This document shows positions 15,749 to 25,919 of a stretch of DNA of 42,547 nucleotides, piece after piece. The notes under the pieces are model-generated. The model was given only the letters and a program-made list of their open reading frames with translations. It had not been told where the DNA came from and did not search any database. The translations under genes were made by a program, and so were the position numbers. Numbering within the stretch: the first letter of the stretch is position 1; the number at the start of each line of letters is the position of its first letter. The stretch comes from a virus: IMG/VR virus record IMGVR_UViG_3300009439_000003; one strand, given 5' to 3'.

Positions 15749-18700
15749 ATGAGCAACCCAATTAAAGGCAGTGATTTATACCAAGATGATGGAGCGATTG
15801 ACAAGGGAATAAAAGACCTTGAAAAAATGAAAGAGGCATATACTGTTATGCTTGATACTATCACAAAGGAGGCAGAGAATTTGATTGCCAAATTAAAGGA
15901 GGTCAATACTACTACAACAGAGGGGCAAGGTGCAGCAAAAAAAGCAATGACCGATGCCGAGAAATTAAAAAAGGCTCAAAAGGAGTATGCAAGCGCTTTA
16001 AATGATACCAATACGAAAATCCGTGCTTTGAGAGATGCAAAGAGAGAGGATATACGTGAGCAGAAATTACAGAACAAATTAGCGAAGTCAGCAGAGGGCA
16101 GTTACAATAAATTGTCAGCTCAATATTCTTTAAATAAATTAGCTTTAAATAAGATGAGTATTGCAGAAAGAAGTGCAACAAAATCTGGACAAGCTTTAGA
16201 GAAACAAACGAGAGAGATTTATGAGGAGATGAACCGATTGCAGAAAGCAACAGGGAAACATACCTTACAGGTTGGGAATTATGGAATTGCCACAGAAAAC
16301 TTGCATCCAATTTTAGGGAGAGTAAACCAAGGATTGGGAGCTATGGGAACCAGTTTAGAGGTATTGGGTGAAGCTGATAAACCATTTAAAGTATTAAAAA
16401 ATGCAGTTCTTAATTTTGGAAAAGCAACCTTGACTTTTTTACTTTCTCCAATTGGATTGGTATTGAGTGCTGTTGGTGCTTTGTTCTATTTAATTGCGAG
16501 TAATAAAGATACTGTTATACAATTTAATTCGGATTTGATTGATGTTGGTAAAACCGCTAATTTATCTGGAGAGGAGTTGAGAGGATTAGGGCAGGACATT
16601 GTTGATTTATCCAGAAAACTCAAAGTAATTGGAACTCCTGCATTGTTGCAGTATGCAAAGGTAGCAGGGCAGTTGGGAGTTAAAGGAAAAGAGAATATAC
16701 TTGCTTTTACTGAAAGCCTTGCTAAATTAGAAACTGCAACAAATATATCTGGAGAGGAGGGAGCGAGTAATATTACCAGATTGCTAACTCTTACAGATGG
16801 AGGAGTGCAGAATGTTAAAGATTTTGGAGATGAGATTGTTAATTTAGGAAATAATTTTGCTGCAACTGAAAGTGAGATTTTAACCAATGCAACTGCAATT
16901 GCACAGAATACCGCACAGTATGGAGTTGGTAGAAAGATTGTATTAGCTTACGCAACTGCAACCAAAGCAGTAGGTATTGAGGCAGAGCTTACAGGTTCCA
17001 CAATAGGGAGGACTTTGGGAATGATGGAGAAAGCTATTAGAACAGGAAAAGGAATTGATAGCATTGCAAAAATAACAGGACAGAATGTTGAGGAGTTAAA
17101 GGCTCAATTTAGAGACGACCCAAGTGCGGTATTTACAAATTTTATTGCAGGATTAAAGGAGGTTAATAGTGCAGGAGGTTCTGTAAATGAGCAATTGGAA
17201 AATATTGGTATTACATCAGTAAGAGACCAAAGAGTAATTTCCTCACTTGCAACAAAAGGATTTGATGTTTTAAAAGGTTCTATTGATGAGGTCAACAAAT
17301 CTGGAGGCTCATTGGATAAGGAATTTGGTGCAGCATCTGGAAAGTTAAGCGCTCAACTTAGTAGAGTTGGAATTGCGTGGGATAATTTTGTTTTAAGCAT
17401 CGAGGATGGAGAGGGGTTTTTAAGCAAGATAGCAGCTTTTTTTGCAGGAGAGTTTGCAAAGTCAATAGATAGAGCAGCGTTTTTCATTAAAGTAATGGGA
17501 GCAGTAATATCTGGAATTATTGCAGTATTTAAGCAATGGTTTAAAGAGGCCGGCAAGTTTATTCAGTCGATTAGAGATATTGCAGATGTTGAGATTGATT
17601 TTAGCAGTCCGTTGGAGAGTTTAAAGAATATTAAAAATGCTTTTAAGAATGTAGGGAAAACTTATGTGCAAGGAGCGGTTAATACAGCGAATGCGTTTGG
17701 AGATGCTTTTAAAAAGGAGTTGAGTAGGTCAATGGAGGCTACCAAGAAAGCAATGGAAAAGAGTGGAGATGAGTTGGATAAGATATTGGATGAGAGTATT
17801 AAAAAAAGTATTCAATCGGTTGGAGATATTGATGCGGAGATTGCGAAGTTAAATAAGACCCTTAAAGGAGCTAAAAGTCGAGGAGAAGCAAGTAAGATAC
17901 AGAATGAGATAAAAGCATTGGAAGACAAGCGAAATGCTATTCTGGGAGTGGCTAATGCTAATCTGAAAGAGGCAGAGAGTAGAGCGATGGGAAAACAGAA
18001 AGCCAAGATTGATGTGATGGAGGATGGAGAGAGCAAGGATGTTGCCATTTTAGATATGGAGTTGGCTGAAAAAAGAAAACTTTGGGAAAAGTATGGATTG
18101 GATGTTGCTTTATTAGAGGATTACGAAAAGAGACAGAGGTTTTTGATTTCTCAAAAATGGAGAGAGAAAGAGATTGCTGATGCTAAAGCGAAACAGGATA
18201 AGATTACAGCAGATAGGAGGAAAGCGAATAGCGAGGAGATGGCTATTATAAATGATGCTTATGATTTGAGATTGTCAGAGATTGACATAATGAAAAATAC
18301 AGAGGCTGAAAAAACAAAGTTACGTTTGGAGGCTGAAAAGTCGAGATTGGAAAAGATTTTAAAGCTGAATGAAACCGTTAATAAGCAGTTATCTAAAGAC
18401 CAGATTGATGCAATAAAGAATACCATTAAGAAAATTGATGGAGAGATACAGGGAGTTGGAAGTGGTCAAAAGGATATTTACCAGATGGTAGGATTGAATT
18501 TGGATGATGAGCAGAAACAGGCGATTAGTGATAGTTTAAGTTTTGCGTTGGATAATGTAAATGCTTTTTTAGATGCAAGAGTACAATCGGCAGAAATTGC
18601 AGTACAGAAAGCACAGGAGGAAACGAGTGCAGCAGAAAGTCGATACCAAGCTGAAATTGATGCGAGGAATAATGGATATGCAAATAATGTTATCACAGCG

Positions 18701-19351
18701 CAGAAAGAGTTGGAGCAAAAGAGAAAGAATGAAAGACAGGCTTTAAAGGATAAGGAAAAGGCTCAAAAAGCACAGGAGGCGATTGATACAGCAATGCAGA
18801 TTTCTGGTTTAATTACATCATCTGTTCAAATCTGGAAAAGTTTAGCAGGAATACCTGTAGTTGGCCCCGCTTTGGCAGCAGCAGCAGTTGGAGTTATGTG
18901 GGGTTCTTTTGCAGCATCCAAGATAAAAGCAAAGAGCGTTGCGAAAGAGAAGTATGGAGATGGAGGATATGAGTTTTTAAATGGTGGCTCACATAGTTCT
19001 GGGAATGATATACCTATTGGCACAACTTCTGGAGGAAAACAAAGAACAGCCGAGGGAGGAGAGGCGTTGGCTATCATCAATAAAAAGAATACCAGAAAGT
19101 ACAGAGGAGTGATACCAACCTTGATTGATAGCTTAAACAAAGGAACTTTTGAGAGAGTGTTTAGTAATTCATTTATTCCAAGCGAGGAGATTCCAAGTTT
19201 GGTAAATGTTGGTTTTGATAGTCCAGATTTAAAACAGATTGAGGATGATTTGGGAGCGATTAAAAAGAGAGGAGCAACCCAGAGATTTACAGATGGGCAA
19301 GGGAGATTGGTTGAGGTTTATAAGAATGTAACGAGAACTTATGTAGATTAA
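15749..19351 (+). CDS. tail tape measure protein
   Basis: 1200 aa with long coiled-coil tracts and hydrophobic segments (LLSPIGLVLSAVGALFYLIA, GIPVVGPALAAAAVGVMWGSFAA). It follows the chaperone pair. Confidence 0.85.
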   Translation: MSNPIKGSDLYQDDGAIDKGIKDLEKMKEAYTVMLDTITKEAENLIAKLKEVNTTTTEGQGAAKKAMTDAEKLKKAQKEYASALNDTNTKIRALRDAKREDIREQKLQNKLAKSAEGSYNKLSAQYSLNKLALNKMSIAERSATKSGQALEKQTREIYEEMNRLQKATGKHTLQVGNYGIATENLHPILGRVNQGLGAMGTSLEVLGEADKPFKVLKNAVLNFGKATLTFLLSPIGLVLSAVGALFYLIASNKDTVIQFNSDLIDVGKTANLSGEELRGLGQDIVDLSRKLKVIGTPALLQYAKVAGQLGVKGKENILAFTESLAKLETATNISGEEGASNITRLLTLTDGGVQNVKDFGDEIVNLGNNFAATESEILTNATAIAQNTAQYGVGRKIVLAYATATKAVGIEAELTGSTIGRTLGMMEKAIRTGKGIDSIAKITGQNVEELKAQFRDDPSAVFTNFIAGLKEVNSAGGSVNEQLENIGITSVRDQRVISSLATKGFDVLKGSIDEVNKSGGSLDKEFGAASGKLSAQLSRVGIAWDNFVLSIEDGEGFLSKIAAFFAGEFAKSIDRAAFFIKVMGAVISGIIAVFKQWFKEAGKFIQSIRDIADVEIDFSSPLESLKNIKNAFKNVGKTYVQGAVNTANAFGDAFKKELSRSMEATKKAMEKSGDELDKILDESIKKSIQSVGDIDAEIAKLNKTLKGAKSRGEASKIQNEIKALEDKRNAILGVANANLKEAESRAMGKQKAKIDVMEDGESKDVAILDMELAEKRKLWEKYGLDVALLEDYEKRQRFLISQKWREKEIADAKAKQDKITADRRKANSEEMAIINDAYDLRLSEIDIMKNTEAEKTKLRLEAEKSRLEKILKLNETVNKQLSKDQIDAIKNTIKKIDGEIQGVGSGQKDIYQMVGLNLDDEQKQAISDSLSFALDNVNAFLDARVQSAEIAVQKAQEETSAAESRYQAEIDARNNGYANNVITAQKELEQKRKNERQALKDKEKAQKAQEAIDTAMQISGLITSSVQIWKSLAGIPVVGPALAAAAVGVMWGSFAASKIKAKSVAKEKYGDGGYEFLNGGSHSSGNDIPIGTTSGGKQRTAEGGEALAIINKKNTRKYRGVIPTLIDSLNKGTFERVFSNSFIPSEEIPSLVNVGFDSPDLKQIEDDLGAIKKRGATQRFTDGQGRLVEVYKNVTRTYVD

Positions 19352-19353
19352 TT

Positions 19354-21921
19354 ATGATAGAATATAAATGGACTTTACAACATAGAGAAAGTAATGAGGA
19401 TAATAAGATTGACCCCTATGCTATAACGCAGGGGTTTTACTGGTTTAATGATAATGAGGATGATAATAGTGCCTGTGCTTATAGTAAAAAAATATCAATT
19501 TCTCCAAACCAAAATTACCAAGGGAGGATAAATGGGAGTGCTACAACTAATATTTTTAGGTTTGTTACTTTTTATGATTTTAATGGAATGTATTTGAGTG
19601 ATTTGAATGGGTTTGTGGATAGTTTTTTAAGTCCAAGCGGTGCTTATTATTGTATTGTTACTATAAATAGTTTAATTAATGGATTAGATGCTGAAAATGT
19701 AAGTTTAACGTTAGGCTTAGCAAGTGAGTTTGTACCATATTATACAAGCAGGGTTGTTTCTCCTATTTATAAAAAGATGGCAAGAGGATACAAGTTAGAA
19801 AGTGGAAAGCAGTTTTATAGAGAGAAATTAGATGGAAATGTTAAATTGATTAGAGAGGATTTTGATTACATAGATGCTCTACCATTTGATACCGAGTTTA
19901 AATTGTTGATTGAGGACTTAACAGGAATATTGCAAGATTATAGAGGTCTGTTTTTTAAAACTGATTGTAAATGGAATGAGGATGATAGGATTGTTGAGTT
20001 AAAGATGGAGCCAGATGATGAGTATGTTGATTTACTTGCAGGATTAGAGAAAACTTATAATTTGGTAGAATTAGAGCCAGAGATTAATGAGTTGACATTG
20101 AAAAAAAGACCATTAATACAAGTTTATATTCCAGGCGATACAGTTGTTACAAATATTCTGGGAGGAACACATTGGGAGCAAGAGATACAAACCGACCCAA
20201 TATTTGACCATAATGCTTTAATAAATACCTATAAATTTGCCAATCCAAAAAACATCCGTATCGTTCCTGCATCTTATGCTGCTCAATTAAGTACAGACAT
20301 TACAGGAGAGTATGATGATAATAGATTGAATGCAAATGGTCTTTATAGATTAGAGGAGGTTGCAACAGGGCAATCATATTGGTATCAAAAATATTATCAA
20401 ATTGTTAGAGTTTCAGATGATGCAGTATTGTATAAAACAGCAAATACAGATTGGAGAAATACAAGTGTAAATAGTTTAGTTTTTAGAGGAGCAACCAGAA
20501 ACACAATTACAGAGACAGGAACTTTTTATTTTACTGAATACAAGATTTATGTTAGGTCTTATACCGATTTATTAGAGACAGAAGGAACAGGGCAAAGTCC
20601 TGTTTCTACATATGAAATACCAAGCGAGGATATTATTGCCAACAACCGTAATTATAGGAGGATAATAGGTTACAATATTGATGATTTTTATATTTATGAT
20701 GAGTTTGTTGAGTACCCAACTAAATTTGGAAAAGTACCAGATGATACTCCAGATGGAGGAAAGTATTACAAAGAGTTTTTGGTACCGGTTACAACAGGGT
20801 TGAGTAACCCACTTCCTGTAAGTTCATCAAATTGGAAAAGCGTTAGTTTGTGGTTTTTTAATACTTCATCAATTAGATATACCGAGTTTATAGATGGTCA
20901 AGATTACACATTGAGAGATAGCTACACTTTGGATAGTGTTATTGATGTGTTATTGAGAGAAATGGGCAGTACTGTAAGGCATAAAAATACAATTGAATAT
21001 AGCCAAGTGCTTTATGCTGATCTAAACCCATTAGGAGGATTTACTTATTTGGATTTTGATGGAGGAACTGCAATAGATTATTCTGGAAATATTAAACATT
21101 TTCTAACTGCAAAATCAAATATCATAGCAGGAGAGTATGACCAACCAAGTCAAAAGGCTAATGCATCATTGAGTCAGATTTTAAATATGTTGAGAGATTG
21201 TTACAGGATTTTCTGGCATATTGAAAATGGAAAATTAAGATTGGAGCATATTACTTGGTATCAAAATGGAGGAACTTATACAGGAACTATTTTGGGAGCA
21301 GATTTAACAACTTTGGTTCAACCTAAAAATGGAAAAAATTGGAGTTTCTCACAAGGAAAGTATGAGTATGATAAGGAGGAGATGCCAGAGAGATTTGAGT
21401 TTGGATGGATGGATGATGTGAGCGCTCCGTTTGAGGGGAAAGCAATTGAGATGGTTGGGAACTTTGTGCAAAGAGGTAGAATTGAGGATATGAATGTAAA
21501 TGGAATTACAACCGATATTGATTTTATTATGGCTAATCCGCAAGAAATTAGCAAGGATGGTTTTTGTTTGATTTCAACAGTTGAGGTTGATGGAGTTGAT
21601 AGAGTGCCTTTTATTGAGAGAGATATTGGGTTTAACCAAGAGGTTATAATGCAAAACGGATTTTTAAGTTGGCTATATTTACATCCTAAATTCCATATCT
21701 ACGATCTACCAAGTGATAAAGCGATTATTAATGGAGAGGAGGTTGGCCTTTTTTATAACAAAACAAGACAGAAAAAGCAAGAGGTTACATTTCCTGCACA
21801 AAATCAAATAAACCCCTTAAACATCATTAGAACCAATTTAGGAGATGGAATTGTTGATGCTTTTAAAATTGATATGAGTAGTAGAATAGTAAAAGCAACC
21901 ATAAAACACGATAACGAATGA
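19354..21921 (+). CDS. putative distal tail or tail-tip protein
   Basis: 855 aa, immediately downstream of the tape measure gene. Confidence 0.5.
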   Translation: MIEYKWTLQHRESNEDNKIDPYAITQGFYWFNDNEDDNSACAYSKKISISPNQNYQGRINGSATTNIFRFVTFYDFNGMYLSDLNGFVDSFLSPSGAYYCIVTINSLINGLDAENVSLTLGLASEFVPYYTSRVVSPIYKKMARGYKLESGKQFYREKLDGNVKLIREDFDYIDALPFDTEFKLLIEDLTGILQDYRGLFFKTDCKWNEDDRIVELKMEPDDEYVDLLAGLEKTYNLVELEPEINELTLKKRPLIQVYIPGDTVVTNILGGTHWEQEIQTDPIFDHNALINTYKFANPKNIRIVPASYAAQLSTDITGEYDDNRLNANGLYRLEEVATGQSYWYQKYYQIVRVSDDAVLYKTANTDWRNTSVNSLVFRGATRNTITETGTFYFTEYKIYVRSYTDLLETEGTGQSPVSTYEIPSEDIIANNRNYRRIIGYNIDDFYIYDEFVEYPTKFGKVPDDTPDGGKYYKEFLVPVTTGLSNPLPVSSSNWKSVSLWFFNTSSIRYTEFIDGQDYTLRDSYTLDSVIDVLLREMGSTVRHKNTIEYSQVLYADLNPLGGFTYLDFDGGTAIDYSGNIKHFLTAKSNIIAGEYDQPSQKANASLSQILNMLRDCYRIFWHIENGKLRLEHITWYQNGGTYTGTILGADLTTLVQPKNGKNWSFSQGKYEYDKEEMPERFEFGWMDDVSAPFEGKAIEMVGNFVQRGRIEDMNVNGITTDIDFIMANPQEISKDGFCLISTVEVDGVDRVPFIERDIGFNQEVIMQNGFLSWLYLHPKFHIYDLPSDKAIINGEEVGLFYNKTRQKKQEVTFPAQNQINPLNIIRTNLGDGIVDAFKIDMSSRIVKATIKHDNE

Positions 21922-22790
21922 TACCAAATAATAATTTAAGCATCTTGCCTTTTTATGGAGATGTAAGCGAACAGGATTACAAAAAATTTCAATCATTTGG
22001 AGAGGTTTACCCATTGATTGCGGAAAAGTCAAAACTATTGCCTTTTCAAGTGAGGAGAGATACCAGAGCAAATGTTGTAAACAAATTAAATTTGATTGAT
22101 TTTGTTACAGGAGCATCAATTAATATTTTAGCAGAAAGCCAAAGTGCAGGATTAAATTTAAAAAGATTTGAGAATGATGGATATGATTTAATAATTAATC
22201 CATCCGCTTTAATTTTACCAACTCAAATAATCAAAGCAGGGCAATACTATCTGGAGATGGGAGATGGAGTTGAGAATTGGTTTAGTGAGGTTTTTACAGT
22301 TGTGAATAATGTAAAAGGGTTTATGAGATTGAGTTATTATGACAGGGATAACCTTTACTATTCTGGAGGTCATTTGGATTACTCCGCACCTTTTAAAAAC
22401 TATTTATATATCAAAACAGAGATAGGAAAACCAGAGTACCCATTTGAGGAGGAGGCGCAGAAAAGGGATGGGGTTTTGTTTGTAGAGAAACAAATAAGTG
22501 AAAAGAAATATAAATTTGAATTTCTTTGCCCAGAGTATTTATGTGATGCTTTGAGAGTTGTAAGGATGCACGATTATATTCAGATATTAGATAAGGGAAA
22601 AAAGTATAATGTAGAAAACATTATCTTTGAGCCTAAATGGAAAGACCAAGGGAATTTGGCTGTGATGGAGGTTGAGTTTGAATGTGATACAATAATTAAG
22701 AAAATAGGAAAAGGAGTTGTTTCTGGAGGGAGCAATGGAGATTTCAATAATGATTTCAATAATGATTATAATAATGATTATAATAATTAA
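21918..22790 (+). CDS. putative baseplate or tail-fibre-associated protein with a C-terminal DFNN/DYNN repeat
   Basis: 290 aa with an ATGA overlap to the upstream gene. It ends in ..NGDFNNDFNNDYNNDYNN. Confidence 0.5.
   Translation: MIPNNNLSILPFYGDVSEQDYKKFQSFGEVYPLIAEKSKLLPFQVRRDTRANVVNKLNLIDFVTGASINILAESQSAGLNLKRFENDGYDLIINPSALILPTQIIKAGQYYLEMGDGVENWFSEVFTVVNNVKGFMRLSYYDRDNLYYSGGHLDYSAPFKNYLYIKTEIGKPEYPFEEEAQKRDGVLFVEKQISEKKYKFEFLCPEYLCDALRVVRMHDYIQILDKGKKYNVENIIFEPKWKDQGNLAVMEVEFECDTIIKKIGKGVVSGGSNGDFNNDFNNDYNNDYNN
22740..22787 (+). repeat. 4 x 12-nt tandem repeat (GATTTCAATAAT x2, GATTATAATAAT x2)
   Basis: Read directly. It encodes DFNN DFNN DYNN DYNN at the extreme C-terminus. Confidence 0.9.
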
Positions 22791-22801
22791 AAAACAAATA
22801 A

Positions 22802-24331
22802 ATGAGCTGGAGTAGTTTAAAAGAAGCAGTAAGTACTGTAATTACGGACAACGGAAATAACGAAATAACTGGGCCTATTTTAAAAGCCATAATAAACAAT
22901 AATTTAATACCTCAACTCGGGGGCAGTCTATTTAGAGGTGTCGCAACTCCAACAACAGCACCCGGCACACCTGAAAAAAAAGAAAGGTACTTAGCAGAAA
23001 CGAAAGGGATTTACCCCAACTTCGGGGGAATAGAAGTGTATAACGAAATATGTTTTTTAGAATACCAAAGTACGCAATGGGTTAAAATAACTCTTTTTGA
23101 AAAAGATCAGCACCCATCGGAGCAGTCCACTAATTTAGTTGAAAGTAGAGGGGTGTTCGAGCTTTTTAACAGTTCAGAAAAAGGATTCCAAACCTTAAAC
23201 GACAGCAATGCAATAAAGGCAAGCGGTTTAACTTTTACATTAGATAATGGGAGTTTCAATATTACTAAATCTTGGACTTTCCCTTGGATAAGTTTTAAAT
23301 CAAAACGATACCAGTTTAAATTAATAGCACAAAGCAGATACCTAGTTATAGCTGCTGGAAATACTTCGGCTCTTGCAGTTACAATGGATAAGACCACGAA
23401 TAGCTGCCGTATTTTTAGGTTTAACAGCGACGGAACTTTACAGGTAGTTGTATCCTCTTTACCTAATAACTTATTTACTGCGGGCAGATTAATAGAAGCC
23501 TTTAGGGTGGGTACGACAATAACCATTTTAGAAAACGGGGTCTTAAAATTTACCTACGATTATTCAGATAGTTTGGAGCCTGAATTTTCAAACCCCGTTT
23601 TCGGGAATGCGTTTATAGCCAATGGAACACAGTTGACAGGAGCTAAAGCCTCATTGACCGAATCTATAAGCAGCAGACTTACAGCACTAGAAAATGGGAT
23701 AGTGTCAGTCGAAGATACTACCGAATTGGTGGGGCAGACAATGGCAGATGTCGGGGATAGTCTACTAGATCAAAACGGTACACAGCCTTTGATTATGGCA
23801 AGATTTGGGATAGCATCAAATCAATCGCTAGCAGTAAGTGGGAGAAGATTTACGGGAAATGATGCAAGTGCAATAACTCAACAGATTCAAAACATATCGG
23901 GTTCTCCAAAACTCATACTAATTGGCGGAGGGACTAATGATTTTGGAAACCACGTAGCTTTGGGGAACCAAGGGAGTACAGATATTGCAGAGTTTTATGG
24001 AGCGATTAATTTTGTTGCAAATTATGCAGTAAACAATTATCCAAATAGCAAATTACTTTGGTTAGGTTTACCTTTTGGAAATTGGCAGAATACAAATGGT
24101 TTTGCAAGAGGTCAGATAAATAACTTAGCATTAACAAGGTATGATTATGATGATGCTTTAAGAAAAGTAACAAGAGATAATGGGATTATGTATGTATCTC
24201 AATTAAATGAATTGCCTCATAATTTACAGAATATAGCAAATGTAACAAGTGATGGCATTCATTTTAATTCAATAGGTAGCGCAGACAGGGAATTTTTATG
24301 GTCTATTTATATTAATCTTTTATTTCAGTAA
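22802..24331 (+). CDS. tail fibre / receptor-binding protein with a C-terminal SGNH (GDSL) esterase domain
   Basis: SGNH blocks are present: I VGDSLL (GDS at 23753-23761), II AVSGRRF, III LIGGGTNDF, V TSDGIHFN. Codon usage is atypical (GAA, GGG, ATA). Confidence 0.75.
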   Translation: MSWSSLKEAVSTVITDNGNNEITGPILKAIINNNLIPQLGGSLFRGVATPTTAPGTPEKKERYLAETKGIYPNFGGIEVYNEICFLEYQSTQWVKITLFEKDQHPSEQSTNLVESRGVFELFNSSEKGFQTLNDSNAIKASGLTFTLDNGSFNITKSWTFPWISFKSKRYQFKLIAQSRYLVIAAGNTSALAVTMDKTTNSCRIFRFNSDGTLQVVVSSLPNNLFTAGRLIEAFRVGTTITILENGVLKFTYDYSDSLEPEFSNPVFGNAFIANGTQLTGAKASLTESISSRLTALENGIVSVEDTTELVGQTMADVGDSLLDQNGTQPLIMARFGIASNQSLAVSGRRFTGNDASAITQQIQNISGSPKLILIGGGTNDFGNHVALGNQGSTDIAEFYGAINFVANYAVNNYPNSKLLWLGLPFGNWQNTNGFARGQINNLALTRYDYDDALRKVTRDNGIMYVSQLNELPHNLQNIANVTSDGIHFNSIGSADREFLWSIYINLLFQ

Positions 24332-24334
24332 AAT

Positions 24335-24631
24335 ATGTTTTTAGGTAATTATGAAGATTGGGGAATACAATCAATGTTAATAGGTACAATAATTGCTCTT
24401 TCTGGAGTGGTTGTTTACCTATATAAAAGCAAGGAGAAAGGTTTTGAGACCAAGGATGCTGCAACGTTAAAAGCATTAGCGGATAAGGATGCAAAAATAA
24501 TGGAGGTTATTAATAATCATCAAAAAGATTTAAAAGAGGCAAATAATGATATGAAAACTTTTGTTGAGAAATACCACCAATTTACACAACATTTAAAAGA
24601 GGTAGTAAATGGAAGGGGAATATCAAAATAA
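24335..24631 (+). CDS. holin candidate (98 aa, single TM plus charged helical tail)
   Basis: TM segment MLIGTIIALSGVVVYLY. It lies two genes upstream of the endolysin. Confidence 0.4.
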   Translation: MFLGNYEDWGIQSMLIGTIIALSGVVVYLYKSKEKGFETKDAATLKALADKDAKIMEVINNHQKDLKEANNDMKTFVEKYHQFTQHLKEVVNGRGISK

Positions 24632-25064
24632 TATTGACAAATTAAGAGAGGAGAGGAATGTTTGTAGGGAAAGGTTTAGTATAATAACAGATGATGTTGA
24701 AAAAATACTGAACTCTTTTGCTATTGATGAGGGAGTTACAATGATAACTTGGAAAGAGTTAGCAGGACTTGTAATGGGAGAGATATATTTTGTGAATGAG
24801 AAAGTAAAATTTATAAAAACATTCCAAGATAAGAATACTATGCGCTTTAAAACGTATATGGAGGCAGGAGGAGAGTTTGGATTGCAACAACACGATGTGT
24901 TGGATAAAGTTTTTATTGAGATAGGGCATTTGATTGAGCAAGAGAGAGGGAATAAAATTTACGAAAAAGGAGATAGCGTTGTTTATGCTCCAAAAGAAAA
25001 ACATAAGCCAAAAGCTTTAGTAAATAGTGTATATGATGTAGCTTTTAAAAAAAACAAAATATAA
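24609..25064 (+). CDS. hypothetical protein (151 aa)
   Basis: ORF between the holin candidate and the endolysin, with a TAATG overlap to the endolysin start. Confidence 0.5.
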   Translation: MEGEYQNNIDKLREERNVCRERFSIITDDVEKILNSFAIDEGVTMITWKELAGLVMGEIYFVNEKVKFIKTFQDKNTMRFKTYMEAGGEFGLQQHDVLDKVFIEIGHLIEQERGNKIYEKGDSVVYAPKEKHKPKALVNSVYDVAFKKNKI

Positions 25065-25546
25065 TGGGAAAATTAAACTATTTAGTAATTCATTGCTTAG
25101 CCACTCCAAAAGGGAGAGAGATTACAAAGGAGGATATTGAACAATGGCACTTGGAAGAACGTGGATGGTCAAGGGTCGGATATTCAGATTTAGTGCATAT
25201 TGATGGAGAATTGGAGAACCTCATTGAATTTGACCAAGATGATACAGTTGATAGTTGGGAGATTTCAAATGGTGCGAAAGGATATAATGGTATTGCCAGA
25301 CATATTGCGTATGTAGGTGGTGCGAGTTCTACAAAACAACCTTGGATGAGGTCATACCCTCCAGAGGACACCAGAACCAAAGAACAAAATTATACTTTGG
25401 AGCAATATGTTAGATTTATGATTTTAAGACATCCAGATATTAAAGTAATTGGCCACAATGAAATTTCAAATAAAAGTTGCCCAAGCTATAATGTTGGAAA
25501 GTGGTTGAGGGAAATTGGGATTAAAAATAAAAATATTGGATTGTAA
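25064..25546 (+). CDS. endolysin, N-acetylmuramoyl-L-alanine amidase (T7 lysozyme / PGRP, Amidase_2 type)
   Basis: Aligns by eye to T7 lysozyme: LVIHCLAT, EQWHLEERGWSRVGY, GAKGYNGIARHIAYVGG, GHNEISNKSCPSYNV. The Zn ligands H, H and C and the Tyr/Lys residues are conserved. Confidence 0.9.
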   Translation: MGKLNYLVIHCLATPKGREITKEDIEQWHLEERGWSRVGYSDLVHIDGELENLIEFDQDDTVDSWEISNGAKGYNGIARHIAYVGGASSTKQPWMRSYPPEDTRTKEQNYTLEQYVRFMILRHPDIKVIGHNEISNKSCPSYNVGKWLREIGIKNKNIGL

Positions 25547-25550
25547 TGTA

Positions 25551-25919
25551 ATGGAGAGAAAGATTTACATTGGGATAATCGTTTTATTAATTGGTTTTGC
25601 AACTGCAAAGCATTTCTATGATAGGAGCGAAAGAAATAAATTGATAAATGATGTTAAAAAATCTCTCCAGAAAGAAAAAGATATTGCAGTTAGTAAAGTA
25701 GTTATTCAGATAGAGGAGAGAGATGATGAGATTAAAAAATTAATTAATTCAAATAAGAAAGCAAATGAGGACAGTAAATATTGGTACAGTCAAGCTAAAA
25801 AGAAAGTGGTTAACCCTGCTTATGATATTGATTTTATCACAGCAGCTAATATACTCGCAAACAGTAAGTATCGACCAGATAAAAGAATTGACAGTATTAG
25901 ACAAGGAGGCAACGATTGA
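25551..25919 (+). CDS. N-terminally membrane-anchored coiled-coil protein (i-spanin-like candidate)
   Basis: ATG 25551 is preferred over the track's TTG 25515. TM segment IYIGIIVLLIGFATA is followed by a charged helical region. Confidence 0.45.
   Translation: MERKIYIGIIVLLIGFATAKHFYDRSERNKLINDVKKSLQKEKDIAVSKVVIQIEERDDEIKKLINSNKKANEDSKYWYSQAKKKVVNPAYDIDFITAANILANSKYRPDKRIDSIRQGGND

Noticed and set aside
18960-19080. The C-terminal tape-measure segment GDGGYEFLNGGSHSSGNDIPIGTTSGG, considered as a possible embedded peptidase or lysozyme motif.
   Set aside because: I could not match it to M23, lysozyme, transglycosylase or any other catalytic signature I know. It needs an HMM search before any claim.
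24609-25064. The 151-aa protein between the holin candidate and the endolysin, considered as a cupin-fold enzyme.
   Set aside because: The only basis is a vague GEFGLQQHD...GD.V..P resemblance. The metal-binding His pattern of cupins is incomplete.
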